This document shows, piece after piece, positions 39,887 to 50,200 of a stretch of DNA of 64,000 nucleotides. The stretch is taken from positions 81,865 through 145,864 of the forward strand of contig CAYNHV010000001.1 in assembly GCA_964397315.1 (NCBI GenBank). Direction: 5' to 3'. The notes below the pieces were generated by a model. The model was not told where the DNA came from. It worked only from the letters and a program-made list of their open reading frames with translations, and made no database searches. This DNA is from an uncultured Methanosarcinales archaeon (lineage in GTDB: Archaea; Nanobdellota; Nanobdellia; Woesearchaeales; UBA12501). The translations under genes were made by a program, and so were the position numbers. The stretch's first letter is position 1; each line of letters opens with the position of its first letter.

Positions 39887-40008
39887 TTAATATAAAAAGT
39901 TTGCGGTGGAGAGCTCAGCAGTCTCTGCCCTGCAGGAAGCAAGCCATAGCTTCAAGCTGTCTGGAAGCCTTAATAATATTTATATAGGCCCTGCGCGAAC
40001 ACAGGTGC

Positions 40009-40635
40009 ATGGCAAAAAAAGAGACCTTCATGCTTGTAAGCCTTGAGGAGGAAAAGGCAAGGAAGCTCGCCCAGGTCATCTCAAACAACACAAGCAGGAA
40101 GATACTTGATTATCTTGCAAAGAAAAAGGCAACAGAGACAGAGCTCTCAAAGGAGCTGGGAATCCCCATCAGCACAGTGCATTATAATCTAAAGCATCTG
40201 GTGGAGAACAAGCTTGTGGAGTCAGAGGAGTACCATTACTCTGAAAAGGGAAGGGAGGTCCTTCACTACAGCCTCGCAAACAAGTATGTCATAATAGCCC
40301 CAAAGAGGGTTGATGGCAGCCTCAAGGAGAAGCTTAAATCAATAATCCCTGCTGTGATTGGGGTGGGGGTGATTGCAGCTGCGCTGCAGCTTGGAAGGTT
40401 GTTTCTTTTTGGCTCTGCAAAGGCAGCATCCCCTGTGATGCAGGCAGCCCAGGAGGACGGGATAATGGCAATGGCAGGGGAGAGCGCTGCAAGAGAAGCC
40501 TCCTCATCCGCAGCTGTAACTGCAGCAGGCGCAGTGCCTGACCTCATAGGGCTTTGGTTTGCCATAGGCGCAGTAACGTTCCTAATAATATATCTTGCTG
40601 CTGATTACATCATAAAGGGCAGAAAAAGCAGATGA
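40009..40635 (+). CDS. ArsR-type winged HTH regulator with C-terminal TM helices
   Basis: TSRKILDYL, TETELSKELGIPISTVHYNLKHL, two hydrophobic segments. Confidence 0.87.
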   Translation: MAKKETFMLVSLEEEKARKLAQVISNNTSRKILDYLAKKKATETELSKELGIPISTVHYNLKHLVENKLVESEEYHYSEKGREVLHYSLANKYVIIAPKRVDGSLKEKLKSIIPAVIGVGVIAAALQLGRLFLFGSAKAASPVMQAAQEDGIMAMAGESAAREASSSAAVTAAGAVPDLIGLWFAIGAVTFLIIYLAADYIIKGRKSR

Positions 40636-40654
40636 AACCCGGAAAAGAGCGCTT

Positions 40655-40891
40655 ATGAACCACAAAAGGATAATCCTGGCAAGCTTCATAGCAACAGTTA
40701 TTGCCTGGCTTGCAATGTACGCTGTGGGAAGCAGCCTGAGGCTTTTTGTAGTCCTTTGCAAAAGCGGGGTTGACTGCCCTTCAGGGCTTGACCTGTTTCT
40801 TTCCTACTCAATAATCCTGCTCCCTCTCCTTTTCCTGTTTGTCCTGGGAATCGCGTACCTCCTGAGCCATATTCTCGGAAAAGGCAAGTAA
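40655..40891 (+). CDS. Small two-TM membrane protein
   Basis: Two hydrophobic helices with a CxxxxxC loop; operon-like position. Confidence 0.65.
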   Translation: MNHKRIILASFIATVIAWLAMYAVGSSLRLFVVLCKSGVDCPSGLDLFLSYSIILLPLLFLFVLGIAYLLSHILGKGK

Positions 40892-40917
40892 TTTAAAGGA
40901 GGAGTGGGTGGGGTTGA

Positions 40918-41385
40918 ATGATGGAGATTCCAAAAAAGCTCCCCCCAATAGTCATAGTAACAGGAACTCCCGGAACAGGAAAAACAACCCTGGCCAGGAG
41001 AATAGCAGAAGAGCAGGGGCATGAGCGCATTGATGTCAATGATGTTGTCAGGAAAGAGAAGCTTTCTGAAGGATATGACAGGAGCAGGAAGACAAGGGTT
41101 GTTGACGAGAAAAAGCTTGCGCTTGCCCTTGAGAGCATTATAAGAAAGGCAAGAAAAGAGGGGAGAAAGCTGGTGATTGACAGCCACATGAGCCATTACG
41201 CAAGCCCGAAGCTTGTTGACCTGTGCATTGTGACAAGGACAGGCCTTAAAGAGCTGGAGAAGAGGCTCAGGAAGAAGGGTTACAGCAGGGCCAAGATTGA
41301 TGAGAACATGGAATGTGAGATAATGGATCTCATTCTTGAAGAGGCAAAGAATGCCGGGCATAAGGTAAGGGTTGTTGAGACTTGA
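40918..41385 (+). CDS. Adenylate kinase-like ATPase (AK6/Fap7 family)
   Basis: IVTGTPGTGKTT, VIDSH, LEKRLRKKGYSRAKIDENMECE. Confidence 0.9.
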   Translation: MMEIPKKLPPIVIVTGTPGTGKTTLARRIAEEQGHERIDVNDVVRKEKLSEGYDRSRKTRVVDEKKLALALESIIRKARKEGRKLVIDSHMSHYASPKLVDLCIVTRTGLKELEKRLRKKGYSRAKIDENMECEIMDLILEEAKNAGHKVRVVET

Positions 41386-41472
41386 ATGATAAATGAATTT
41401 GATATCAGATCAAAAAAAGATTATAGGAAAAAAAGAAATAAAAAAATAAATCAAGATCATTCAAAGACAATC

Positions 41473-42735
41473 CTAAAAGTCCTCGCTTGTCAGCACATTA
41501 ACTCTTGTATTGCCGCTGAACTTTGAGTCCATGCCCACCAGGAACTGCACCCTGGACTTGTCTGCTGTCTCAACAAGGCTCTTGTCCACGCTTCCGTCAA
41601 AGACTATTGCGTACACTCCAGAGCCCAGGCTCTTGACAGTGGTCTCCAGCTCTGTCAGGGGAACCTTGCCAAGGATGTTCATCTCCTTGTCAAGTATGTA
41701 GGCGCCTCTTGTTCCTATCAGGTCTTCCAGCATTCCCTTGAACTTCTCTTTTTCGCCCTCGCTGATCCTGGCCTTCCTCTGGGGCTTCTGGGCCTGCTTC
41801 TGCTGGCCTCTGGAGTCCCTTGAGCCCTGATATCCTCCTCTGCGATCCTTGCCTGAATTCTGCTGTGCCTTCTGGCCCTGTGGCTGCTGCTCCTGGCCTT
41901 TTCCATTGAGCTCCATCTTTGCCTGCTCCACAGCAACCTTTGCCCTTAATGCAGTGTGAATCTCCTTCTTTGTCAGCTCCTCAACTTCCTTGCCTGCAGG
42001 AGCCTTGCACACAAAGTCTATCTCTGCAACACCGAGAAGGGCCTTGACTATGAGGTCTCCTCCCCTGTCTCCGTCTGTGAACACAGTCACTTCCTTCTTC
42101 TTGCACAGGTCCAGCACAGTCTGCGGCACTGATGTCCCGTTTATTCCTATAGAATTCTTTATGCCGTGCTTCAGGAGATTGATCACGTCAGCTCTTCCTT
42201 CCACGAGGATTATGTCGTCGCTCTCATCTATTAGAGGTCCTGCAGGCAGCCTGTCCTTTCCGTACTCTCTTGCCTCCATCACCCTGACAGAATAAGCCAC
42301 CTCGTCTGCAAGCTCCTGGGAGTCAGGCATTGTTGAGTCAACCAGGGTCTTGAGCAGGGCCTTTGCCCTGTCTATGACAAAGTTCCTTTTTGATATCCTG
42401 ACATCCTCTATCTTTTTCACTCTAATCTTTGCATTGCAGGGCCCTATCCTCTGGATTATCTCCATTGCAGCAGCTATTATCGCGGTCTCTGCCCTGTCAA
42501 GGGATGAGGGGATTATGATCTCTCCTCTGGTCTTGCCTGACCTTGTGTCTGTGTTAACTTCTATTCTTCCTATTCTTCCTGAGCGCTGAAGCTCCCTGAG
42601 CTCCAGCTCTGTGCCGAGGAGCCCCTCTGTCTGGCCGAATATAGCTCCTATGACATCAGGCCTGTCAACAACACCATCTATTTCTATTTCTGCGTGTACT
42701 ATGTACTTTGCAGCAACCGGGCTGATCTTTCCCAT
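41473..42735 (-). CDS. dnaG: Archaeal DnaG (TOPRIM; exosome-associated)
   Basis: GVVDRPDVIGAIFGQTEGLLG, GRIGRIEV, VEGRADVINL, DGDRGG. Confidence 0.96.
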   Translation of the reverse strand: MGKISPVAAKYIVHAEIEIDGVVDRPDVIGAIFGQTEGLLGTELELRELQRSGRIGRIEVNTDTRSGKTRGEIIIPSSLDRAETAIIAAAMEIIQRIGPCNAKIRVKKIEDVRISKRNFVIDRAKALLKTLVDSTMPDSQELADEVAYSVRVMEAREYGKDRLPAGPLIDESDDIILVEGRADVINLLKHGIKNSIGINGTSVPQTVLDLCKKKEVTVFTDGDRGGDLIVKALLGVAEIDFVCKAPAGKEVEELTKKEIHTALRAKVAVEQAKMELNGKGQEQQPQGQKAQQNSGKDRRGGYQGSRDSRGQQKQAQKPQRKARISEGEKEKFKGMLEDLIGTRGAYILDKEMNILGKVPLTELETTVKSLGSGVYAIVFDGSVDKSLVETADKSRVQFLVGMDSKFSGNTRVNVLTSEDF

Positions 42736-42789
42736 TTTTCTCGCCTCCTGAGTCTAATCTTTACACTGGATTGTGTCTCTCATTGTATT

Positions 42790-43125
42790 TCAGAAGAAGC
42801 ATTAGCTCTAAAGCCTGTTGTCTGTAAAGCAGTCTTTGCTGCCTTCTAAGGTGAACATGGTGATGCCTTTGATAATGCTTCTTCCTGCCAGCTAGAACAA
42901 GACAAACACAGCACTAAGTGCCCCCCTATGAGTGTCTGAATGATAGTGAAATGATTGTAATGTGTCTTTTTCCAGCTGGTACTTTTGATTTTGCTTTGAA
43001 AAGCAATTCTGAGCTTCAAATGAAAAATAAAGGTTAATAAGGGTTTTGTTGCCCGAAACACTAACTCCCAAGCTCATTGCTTGGCTTTGCCGTAAGCTCC
43101 ATTGAGTACTCTCGTGTCGGGCTGT
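42790..43125 (-). ncRNA. Candidate structured leader/ncRNA upstream of dnaG
   Basis: Three long stems: 43051-43061/43114-43122, 42888-42904/42963-42979, 42792-42804/42873-42885; wobble pairs are G-U on the minus strand. Confidence 0.5.
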
Positions 43126-43569
43126 TTTATGCAAGAGTGGCTTGTTTTCATGGCTTAAAACAGCTGTTTTAGCTCAACAAGGACCCATTTGCATAAATTT
43201 TGAATATGATTCTCTAATGACAGAGCTTTTTTAAGCTTTTTGCACAGCAAGGATTATCATCAGCAGAGCCGGGCCTGTAAAGGGATTAAAAACCCCTCAG
43301 GACCAGTATGACAGGTCCCTTGGGGAAAAAGAGGTGATAGGTTTATGAAAAAGAAGAAAGCAGATAACCAATGGTTATCTGCATCCTTATAGGGGGTGTC
43401 AAGTTGTTACTTAACAGTAATGCATAGGAACTATATAAATATTTCTGTTTTTTAGTCACTATTTAGTGGTTTATTAAGGTGTTTATACTTACATTGTAAG
43501 TAGAGATGTTGGTTATCTGCCTCAGCAAGAACATCAACATTTAAAAAGCAGCTTTTTTATCTGCAGGAG

Positions 43570-44445
43570 ATGGAATTGCCAGAAGAGCAGTGGAATGAGT
43601 TCATAATCAGCATCAGGCAGGGCATGGGCAGGATGATAAAAGACAGGCAAGAGGCTAAAGACCTGCTCAAAACAGCTCTTGTTGAGGCAGTGAGGGCGAG
43701 GCTGCCTGAAAAGGGAAACATAGGGGTGTTGTTCTCAGGAGGAGTGGACTCAACACTTCTTGCAGTGATAACAAAAAGCCTTGGCCATAATCCAATATGC
43801 TATTCAGTCGGTCTGGAGGGTGCAGAAGACCTTGAATGGGCAGAAGGGGCTGCAAAAAAGCTCGGGTTAAAGCTCAGGAAAAGAGTGCTGGCAGATGATG
43901 ACATAGAGAGTACAATTGTAAAGCTTGCGGGATTCCTAAGAGGATTTGACATAATAAAGGCAGGAGTTGGCTGCGTAACATATGCTGCTGCAGAGATGGC
44001 AGCAGGGGACAAGTGCAGCACTGTCATCACAGGCCTGGGCTCAGAGGAGATATTCGCAGGATACCAGAGGCATTATGAAGCAGAGGATGCCAATGAGGAA
44101 TGCTGGAAAGGCCTCCTGTCAATGTGGCAGAGGGACCTTATGAGGGACATCCCTGTTGCAGAAAGCCTTGGATTGAGGATTGAAACGCCGTTCCTTGACA
44201 AAAAGGTCATAGAAACAGCAATGAGAATGCCTGCAGAATGGAAGCTTAAAGGGGAGCAGAACAAGATAATGCTGAGAGAGGCTGCAGAGGATCTTGGAGT
44301 TCCTGAAGAATTCGCGTGGAGAAAGAAAAGAGCAGCCCAGTACGGCAGCAGGACAGACAAGGCGCTTGCAAGAATAGCAAAGAAGAAAGGCATGAGAAAA
44401 TCAGAATACATAAAAAGGCTGGCTGAAACCAAAGGAGGTGCATAA
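43570..44445 (+). CDS. Asparagine synthase C-terminal (synthetase) domain protein lacking the glutaminase domain
   Basis: FSGGVDS, GLGSEEIFAGY, PFLD, KIMLREAA, KRAAQYGS. Confidence 0.88.
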   Translation: MELPEEQWNEFIISIRQGMGRMIKDRQEAKDLLKTALVEAVRARLPEKGNIGVLFSGGVDSTLLAVITKSLGHNPICYSVGLEGAEDLEWAEGAAKKLGLKLRKRVLADDDIESTIVKLAGFLRGFDIIKAGVGCVTYAAAEMAAGDKCSTVITGLGSEEIFAGYQRHYEAEDANEECWKGLLSMWQRDLMRDIPVAESLGLRIETPFLDKKVIETAMRMPAEWKLKGEQNKIMLREAAEDLGVPEEFAWRKKRAAQYGSRTDKALARIAKKKGMRKSEYIKRLAETKGGA

Positions 44446-45145
44446 GATGAAGCTGGGAGTGCTGTTCAGCTCAGGCAAGGACAGCAATTACGCAATGTGG
44501 GTGATGAAAGAGAGGGGCCACGAAATAGCCTGCCTCATCCTCATGAGAAGCAGGAACAAGGAATCATACATGTTCCACACCCCTGGAATTGATATTGCAG
44601 GGCTGCAGGCAGAGGCAATGGGGATCCCTATTGCAGAGCACGAGACAGAGGGGGAAAAGGAAGCAGAGCTTGAAGACCTTGAAAAGGGGATGATAGATGC
44701 AAAAGAGAGGTTCGGGATTGAGGGGGTTGTCACAGGAGCGTTATTCTCTGAATACCAGAAGAACAGGATTGAGAAGGTCTGCAAGGGGCTTGGCCTGAAT
44801 GTATTCTCCCCCCTCTGGCACAGGAGCCAGGAGGAGTACATGAGGGAGCTTCTTGAAAACGGCTTCAGGTTCGTGATTGTTTCTGTGGCAGCAGAAGGGC
44901 TTGACAGCTCATGGCTTGGAAGGGAGATAACACATGAGGACATTGACAGGCTCGCTGAGCTTAACAGGAAAAACAGAATAAACATTGCCTTTGAAGGAGG
45001 GGAAGCAGAAACATTAATTATTGACAGCCCCATGTTCAGGAAGAGGATAAGACTCATGGAAAAAGAGATAAATGAGGAGAACGCCAGCACTGCAGTGCTT
45101 GAGATAAGAAAAGCAGAGCTGGAGGAAAGAGAGAAGAGGGGATGA
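44438..45145 (+). CDS. dph6: Diphthine--ammonia ligase Dph6
   Basis: LFSSGKDS, SYMFH, GALFSEYQKNRIE, PLW, EGGEAET; start may be 44447. Confidence 0.92.
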   Translation: MHKMKLGVLFSSGKDSNYAMWVMKERGHEIACLILMRSRNKESYMFHTPGIDIAGLQAEAMGIPIAEHETEGEKEAELEDLEKGMIDAKERFGIEGVVTGALFSEYQKNRIEKVCKGLGLNVFSPLWHRSQEEYMRELLENGFRFVIVSVAAEGLDSSWLGREITHEDIDRLAELNRKNRINIAFEGGEAETLIIDSPMFRKRIRLMEKEINEENASTAVLEIRKAELEEREKRG

Positions 45146-45154
45146 AAAAGCATA

Positions 45155-45922
45155 ATGGTCTCAATAATCAACGCAATACTGCTGGGGATAATCCAGGGCA
45201 TAACAGAATGGCTGCCTGTATCAAGCTCAGGCCACCTTGCAATAGCAGAGCATTTCTTAGGCATAACAGAGCCCCTCCTGCTCAACATAAGCCTTCACAT
45301 AGGGACTCTTCTTGTGGTGCTGCTCGTCTTTCACAAGGATGTACTGCAAATAATAAGGTCATTTGCAAGACTGGATTTCAGGTCAGAGCATGGAAGGCTG
45401 GGAATACTCATACTCGTTGGCTCTGTGCCCACTGCAATAATAGGGTATTCCTTCCATGACCTCTTTGCCTCGTTCTTCACAAGCATGACAGCAGTCGGAG
45501 CCGCGCTTATAGCCACCTCAGCGCTGCTCTTCTTCAGCAAAAGGTTTGCAGGAAAAAGAAGGGTGGATGTGTGGGATTCAATCATAGTCGGAGCAGCGCA
45601 GGGCCTTGCCATAATACCAGGCATCTCAAGGAGCGGGGCCACCATAAGCGCTGCAATGATAAGCGGGGTGGAGAGGGCAAAGGCGGCAAGATACTCCTTC
45701 CTCCTGATGATGCCCGCTGTTCTGGGGGCTGCAGCTTATGAATTTGACGCGGCAGCTCTCGGCGCTGACCTTGGCCCTGTACTGGCTGGAACCGCAGCCT
45801 CAATCATCGCAGGATACATCTCCCTAAGGTATCTCCTCAGGCTCATAATGAAGGGCAAGTTCCACTTGTTTGCATACTACTGCTTTGCTGCCGGAATACT
45901 CCTGCTCGCTTTTGCGGTTTGA
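45155..45922 (+). CDS. uppP: Undecaprenyl-diphosphate phosphatase (BacA/UppP)
   Basis: QGITEWLPVSSSGHL, LHIGT, PGISRSGATI. Confidence 0.95.
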   Translation: MVSIINAILLGIIQGITEWLPVSSSGHLAIAEHFLGITEPLLLNISLHIGTLLVVLLVFHKDVLQIIRSFARLDFRSEHGRLGILILVGSVPTAIIGYSFHDLFASFFTSMTAVGAALIATSALLFFSKRFAGKRRVDVWDSIIVGAAQGLAIIPGISRSGATISAAMISGVERAKAARYSFLLMMPAVLGAAAYEFDAAALGADLGPVLAGTAASIIAGYISLRYLLRLIMKGKFHLFAYYCFAAGILLLAFAV

Positions 45923-45998
45923 TGGCTGTTTATGCTGATAAAACCCGGGGGGCTGTCCATTCTATTGGCAAGATGGAGCTGACTTTTTTATTTTTGAT

Positions 45999-46410
45999 AA
46001 CTCCTGGTAATTCCAGCTATTTAGAGAATTTGCTTGTGTTTATGATTCCAGATTCTCCTCCTTAGAGTGGTTTGTTTATGATAATAACTCCTGGTACTTC
46101 CCACCCTTACTGCACAACCACTTAGCAGGCTCACACCTTCTGGAACAGCACGACTCTCTGCTTCTGCCTCCAATAAGCCCACCCAATGATATGCTTAAAG
46201 CGCTCTGTGGAATTGGTGCTCTGAGCATGTGTGAGGGGGACGGAGGGCGGGATTTGTCCATCTGTAACTGTGATGAGGGCGGTGGTTAAGTCTGGATTAA
46301 TCAAAACACTTAGAAGATGCTCAATTTCGTGGAATTTCGCTGCGCTTAATCCCACCTACGCGTGAACTGAGTAATGCCGTTCCGGAGGTCAAGTCTGGAT
46401 TAATCAAAAT
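45999..46410 (+). repeat. Dispersed intergenic element, copy C
   Basis: Left units at 46002, 46047 and 46089; 46225-46410 is nearly identical to 4955-5143. Confidence 0.92.
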
Positions 46411-46500
46411 ATGAATGGAAATTATTAATCAGAATGCTGCCTGTTCCTGGCTCTTAGCCCCATCAAAAGTATTTTAAATAACACCCTCTTTTTCCATCCC

Positions 46501-47127
46501 ATGATTGACATAGTCATACCAGAGCAGAACGAGAGGGAATTCATTGCAATGGCAGAGAAGCTGGGCTATGACAGCCTGTGCTTCTATTACAGGCAGCTAA
46601 AGCCTGCCTACCTGAAGCACCTTGAGACCCTTGCAGCAGGCACAAGGCTAAAGCTTTGCACAGCAGCGCCGCAGGCAAAAAAAACAAGGCCGGACATTGT
46701 GATTGTCAAGACAACAGATCCAAGGCAGTGGATTGAGAGCAGAAAGGCGGACATTGTCTACGGAATGGAGCAGTCAAGGGAGAGGGACACCATAAAGCAG
46801 AAGAAGTCAGGCCTGAATCAGGTGCTGTGCAGCCTGGCCAGGAAGAAAGGGAGGATGATAGGCCTTGACTTCGCCTCAATTGCAAAGGCAGAGGGCCAGA
46901 AGAGGGTGGTGCTCCTGGGAAGGATGATCCAGAACATATGGCTCTGCAGGAAGTACAAGGCAGAGACATGCATTGCCTCTTTCGCGCATGACCCAATGGA
47001 TATGAGAAACCCAAAGGACATCATGGCCCTGTTCCAGATGCTCGGCATGGAGGCAGGGGATGCAAAGGAATCCCTTGAAAGGGCAGGGAGAAGGATAAGG
47101 GAGCAGAGGAAACCAGGCCAGTCCTGA
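46501..47127 (+). CDS. rnp3: RNase P protein subunit Rnp3 (p30)
   Basis: AEKLGY, SGLNQVLCSLA, RMIQNIWLCRKY, SFAHDPMDMRNPKD. Confidence 0.85.
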   Translation: MIDIVIPEQNEREFIAMAEKLGYDSLCFYYRQLKPAYLKHLETLAAGTRLKLCTAAPQAKKTRPDIVIVKTTDPRQWIESRKADIVYGMEQSRERDTIKQKKSGLNQVLCSLARKKGRMIGLDFASIAKAEGQKRVVLLGRMIQNIWLCRKYKAETCIASFAHDPMDMRNPKDIMALFQMLGMEAGDAKESLERAGRRIREQRKPGQS

Positions 47128-47214
47128 GGCCGGAGAGGCAGGAACTGACAGAAATATTTTTAAAGTAAGGTTGTTTTAAACTTTTAATACGCAGTATAAA
47201 AAGAGGATGGACAA

Positions 47215-50200
47215 ATGAATAAAGGCATATCCTTTGTGATCAACAGTTTCATAATGCTGTTAATCATCCTGCCATTTTTTGTGAACGGAGCTTCTGTAAG
47301 TGTTAACAATGAAGGGTATGCTGAAACAGAAGCATTAGATGCCCCATCCAACTCTGGCTTTAAGGGCAGGACAATTAATCTCGGAGATTACAATTATGTT
47401 GAGGGGGCTGTACATGTCAAAATAGTGAGTGAGGGATGCATACAGGTCAAGGATTTCAGGCTGGTCGGCGCGGATGGGGGAGAGTACTCAGCCAGTGATA
47501 AGAATGAAATAATATGCTATAACTCACCAGACCACACTCCACAGGCAGTGATATACCCTAATGCAGGGGGAATGAGTGTCAGCAGTTTCAAGTTCAATAT
47601 AAACAATGATGTCAGAGAGGCTGAGCCAAACACTGTTCCAGAGTGCGGGGGAGTGTGGTGTAAACACCCCTGCAGCATTGGATTTTCTGGCTGCCAATGT
47701 AAGCCCTCTTGGGATTTCTGCTCCTTCCACTCTGTGAGTTGTACCAAATTTGGTATTACTACAACAGAGACATATAATTCTTGTCAGCCTTCAGCAACAC
47801 AGCAAACGTGGGGCACTGGGGAGAAGTATGTCCTCATGTGGGTGACTGACGCTGACAAGGATGGCCATTTCAGGGAGACTGACTGTGATGACTCTGACGG
47901 AACAGTCTATCCAGGGGCTCCTGAGGTGTGCGACGGCCAGAGGAACAACTGCGGGTGGAATGAGGAAAAGACAGAGTGCGAGTGCTCAGGCCCTGTGGAA
48001 GGGGACTGTGAAGATTATGATAATGATGATTACTGCAGTGCGGGCATGAATGTCAGCCTGGAATACCTGATGGACAACTGCCCTGGAGGCGAATGCTGCG
48101 GAACTCTTGACTTCTACAGGGAGCTCACAGGAGCAGAGAATCCCTCATCAGGAGATGCATGGAGCCAGATAATTTCTGAAGAGGATGAGTATGGCAAGAA
48201 AAGATACAGCGCATCCGTAAAAATAGTGAAAGGTGAAGAGCATCATTTTGTCACAGGATCTGATTGCGATGATTACAATGAGAATGTAAACCCTGGAGAG
48301 GAAGAGGCTTGCCATCCAGACACTTTTGATAATGATTGTGATGATTGGGATGGGAAGTGGGATAACAAGGCGCAAACCGGTGTTAATGAAGGTTGTGAAG
48401 CGCAGAGTGTTCAGGACTGCGGATCATTAGGAGGTGAATGGGTTGGTTTGAAAGACCCTGGAGCAGGGGATTGCTGCGGCGAGGACGGCGACGGCGACAA
48501 CAAACCGGATATTGAAGAAAATTTCACAAGATGGGTGAAGCAGGTTGCTGATAACGAAAAATCGGCATGCTTTAGGTCAGAGGCGTTTGAGAACCTGGCA
48601 GTTGTTGATAAAAGCGAAAAAGTTCTCCACTACAATGGGAATTTCTATGGGTGCAATCTTGATGATGCAGAGGACTTAAAGGATTTTGAGTACAGATTCA
48701 TGCTTGAGTCTGAAAAAAGGCAGATAACAGAGAAATCCAGCACTGAACAGGGATGCGATAATGTGGGTGATGAAGAGGGAGGACACTACTTCTGCTCCCA
48801 GGAGGGTGTTTGGAAAACTTACAATGGCCTGAAGGCAGGGAACATTAAAACAACCCCTTTTGAGAATGACGGCCTTCCTGGCTTCTCAGAAAGTGAATGC
48901 TGCCCTGAGCTCTGGTGCTGGGATGGCCATGAGTGTGTTGACGGCTCAAACCCAGAGGGAGGGCAAAATACCCTAAGAAAATGCGTGCGCGGGGAGTGGG
49001 AGGAGATTGAGGAAAAGCCCTCCCAGTCAAATCCAAACCAAAGGGGACAATGCGCCATAAGCCAGTGCTATTACCTCCCAGAGTCAGGGGATGGAATGTG
49101 CGTTAATGAGGGCAACTGGACAAAGGACCACTATTGCAATGAGGGGGAGTGGACCACAAGAACAGCGCTGCTGGCAAATGAGCTTCAGGGCTTTGCTGAG
49201 GATGAATCAGATGATTACTCAATCTTCTGCGGAGCGTATGACAAGGTGCTGAATGACCTTCAGGCAGTTGAAGGTGAGATAACATTCTCAATACAGACCT
49301 ATCTCAGCAATCAGCAGTCCAACAATTTCTGCGCTCTCCTCTACAATGATGGCAGCGAGAAAAAGGTTGTAATAGGGGCATCGCTAAACATGCCTGTGAA
49401 CTCTGAAGAGTCGGAATTTCTCTACCTTTTTGAGGAGTCAAGATATCAGATGGGGCCTGTAACCTATTACAATTACTGCGACGGCGCAATAGAGGAAGGA
49501 GAATCAGAGGGGGCTGGCTACTTTGGATGTAATTATTACAATGTGAAAGACAATGCAAAGATATGGTACAATGCAAAGCTTGACAGCATAATATACTCCT
49601 CAGAGGAGATAAGCCTCAATGGAGAAGAATCGCTTATAGAGTTGTTCATAGGGTATATCAGGAGCATGATAGGTGGAGAGGAAGAAGCAGAAGAGGATGC
49701 TGTTCCTGCAAAGCACTTTGACAGGCTGTACATGAACAAGAAAGAAGGCAAGCTCATAAAGGGTTTTATGGACGAAACAAGAAACAAGATGAGAGTGGAA
49801 TATTCTGGTGTCGGATCAGATATCTGTGGATACCTGAATGATGTTTTTGCCGAGGAGTTGCAGGGAACGAACATAAACTGCAGAAGAAGCCTAAACTCTA
49901 AGGGAATCCCCTTCTATTACATTGAATCCAATGATGAAAACATAGCTAAAGACTACTGGCAGGACCTGACAGGCAAGATAAGGCTGAATGATAAGGAATA
50001 TCTTGAAGAGAGGGACGACCTTATAGAAAGCATAGGCGCTGAAAGAGAAAACAAAGAGGTGATAGGGGACCAGCTTTCCTGTTCAGTTAAAGAAGCCTGC
50101 GCACCATGGGAGCTGCCCCTGTTCTCAATGTACAGCCTTTCTGATTCCCATGCGGGCACGCAGGACTATTTTGGGAATAATGTCTGCTGCGGTATAGAGG

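Noticed and set aside
42790-43125. dnaG-upstream structure as SRP or RNase P RNA
   Set aside because: No SRP helix-8 motif seen; ACAGACAACAGGCTTTA only loosely resembles the RNase P 3-prime motif and has no P4 partner.
45999-46410. Element as RNase P RNA because copy C sits upstream of rnp3
   Set aside because: No GAGGAAAGUCC-like and ACAGAA...GGCUUA-like regions in the right order; the element is multicopy.
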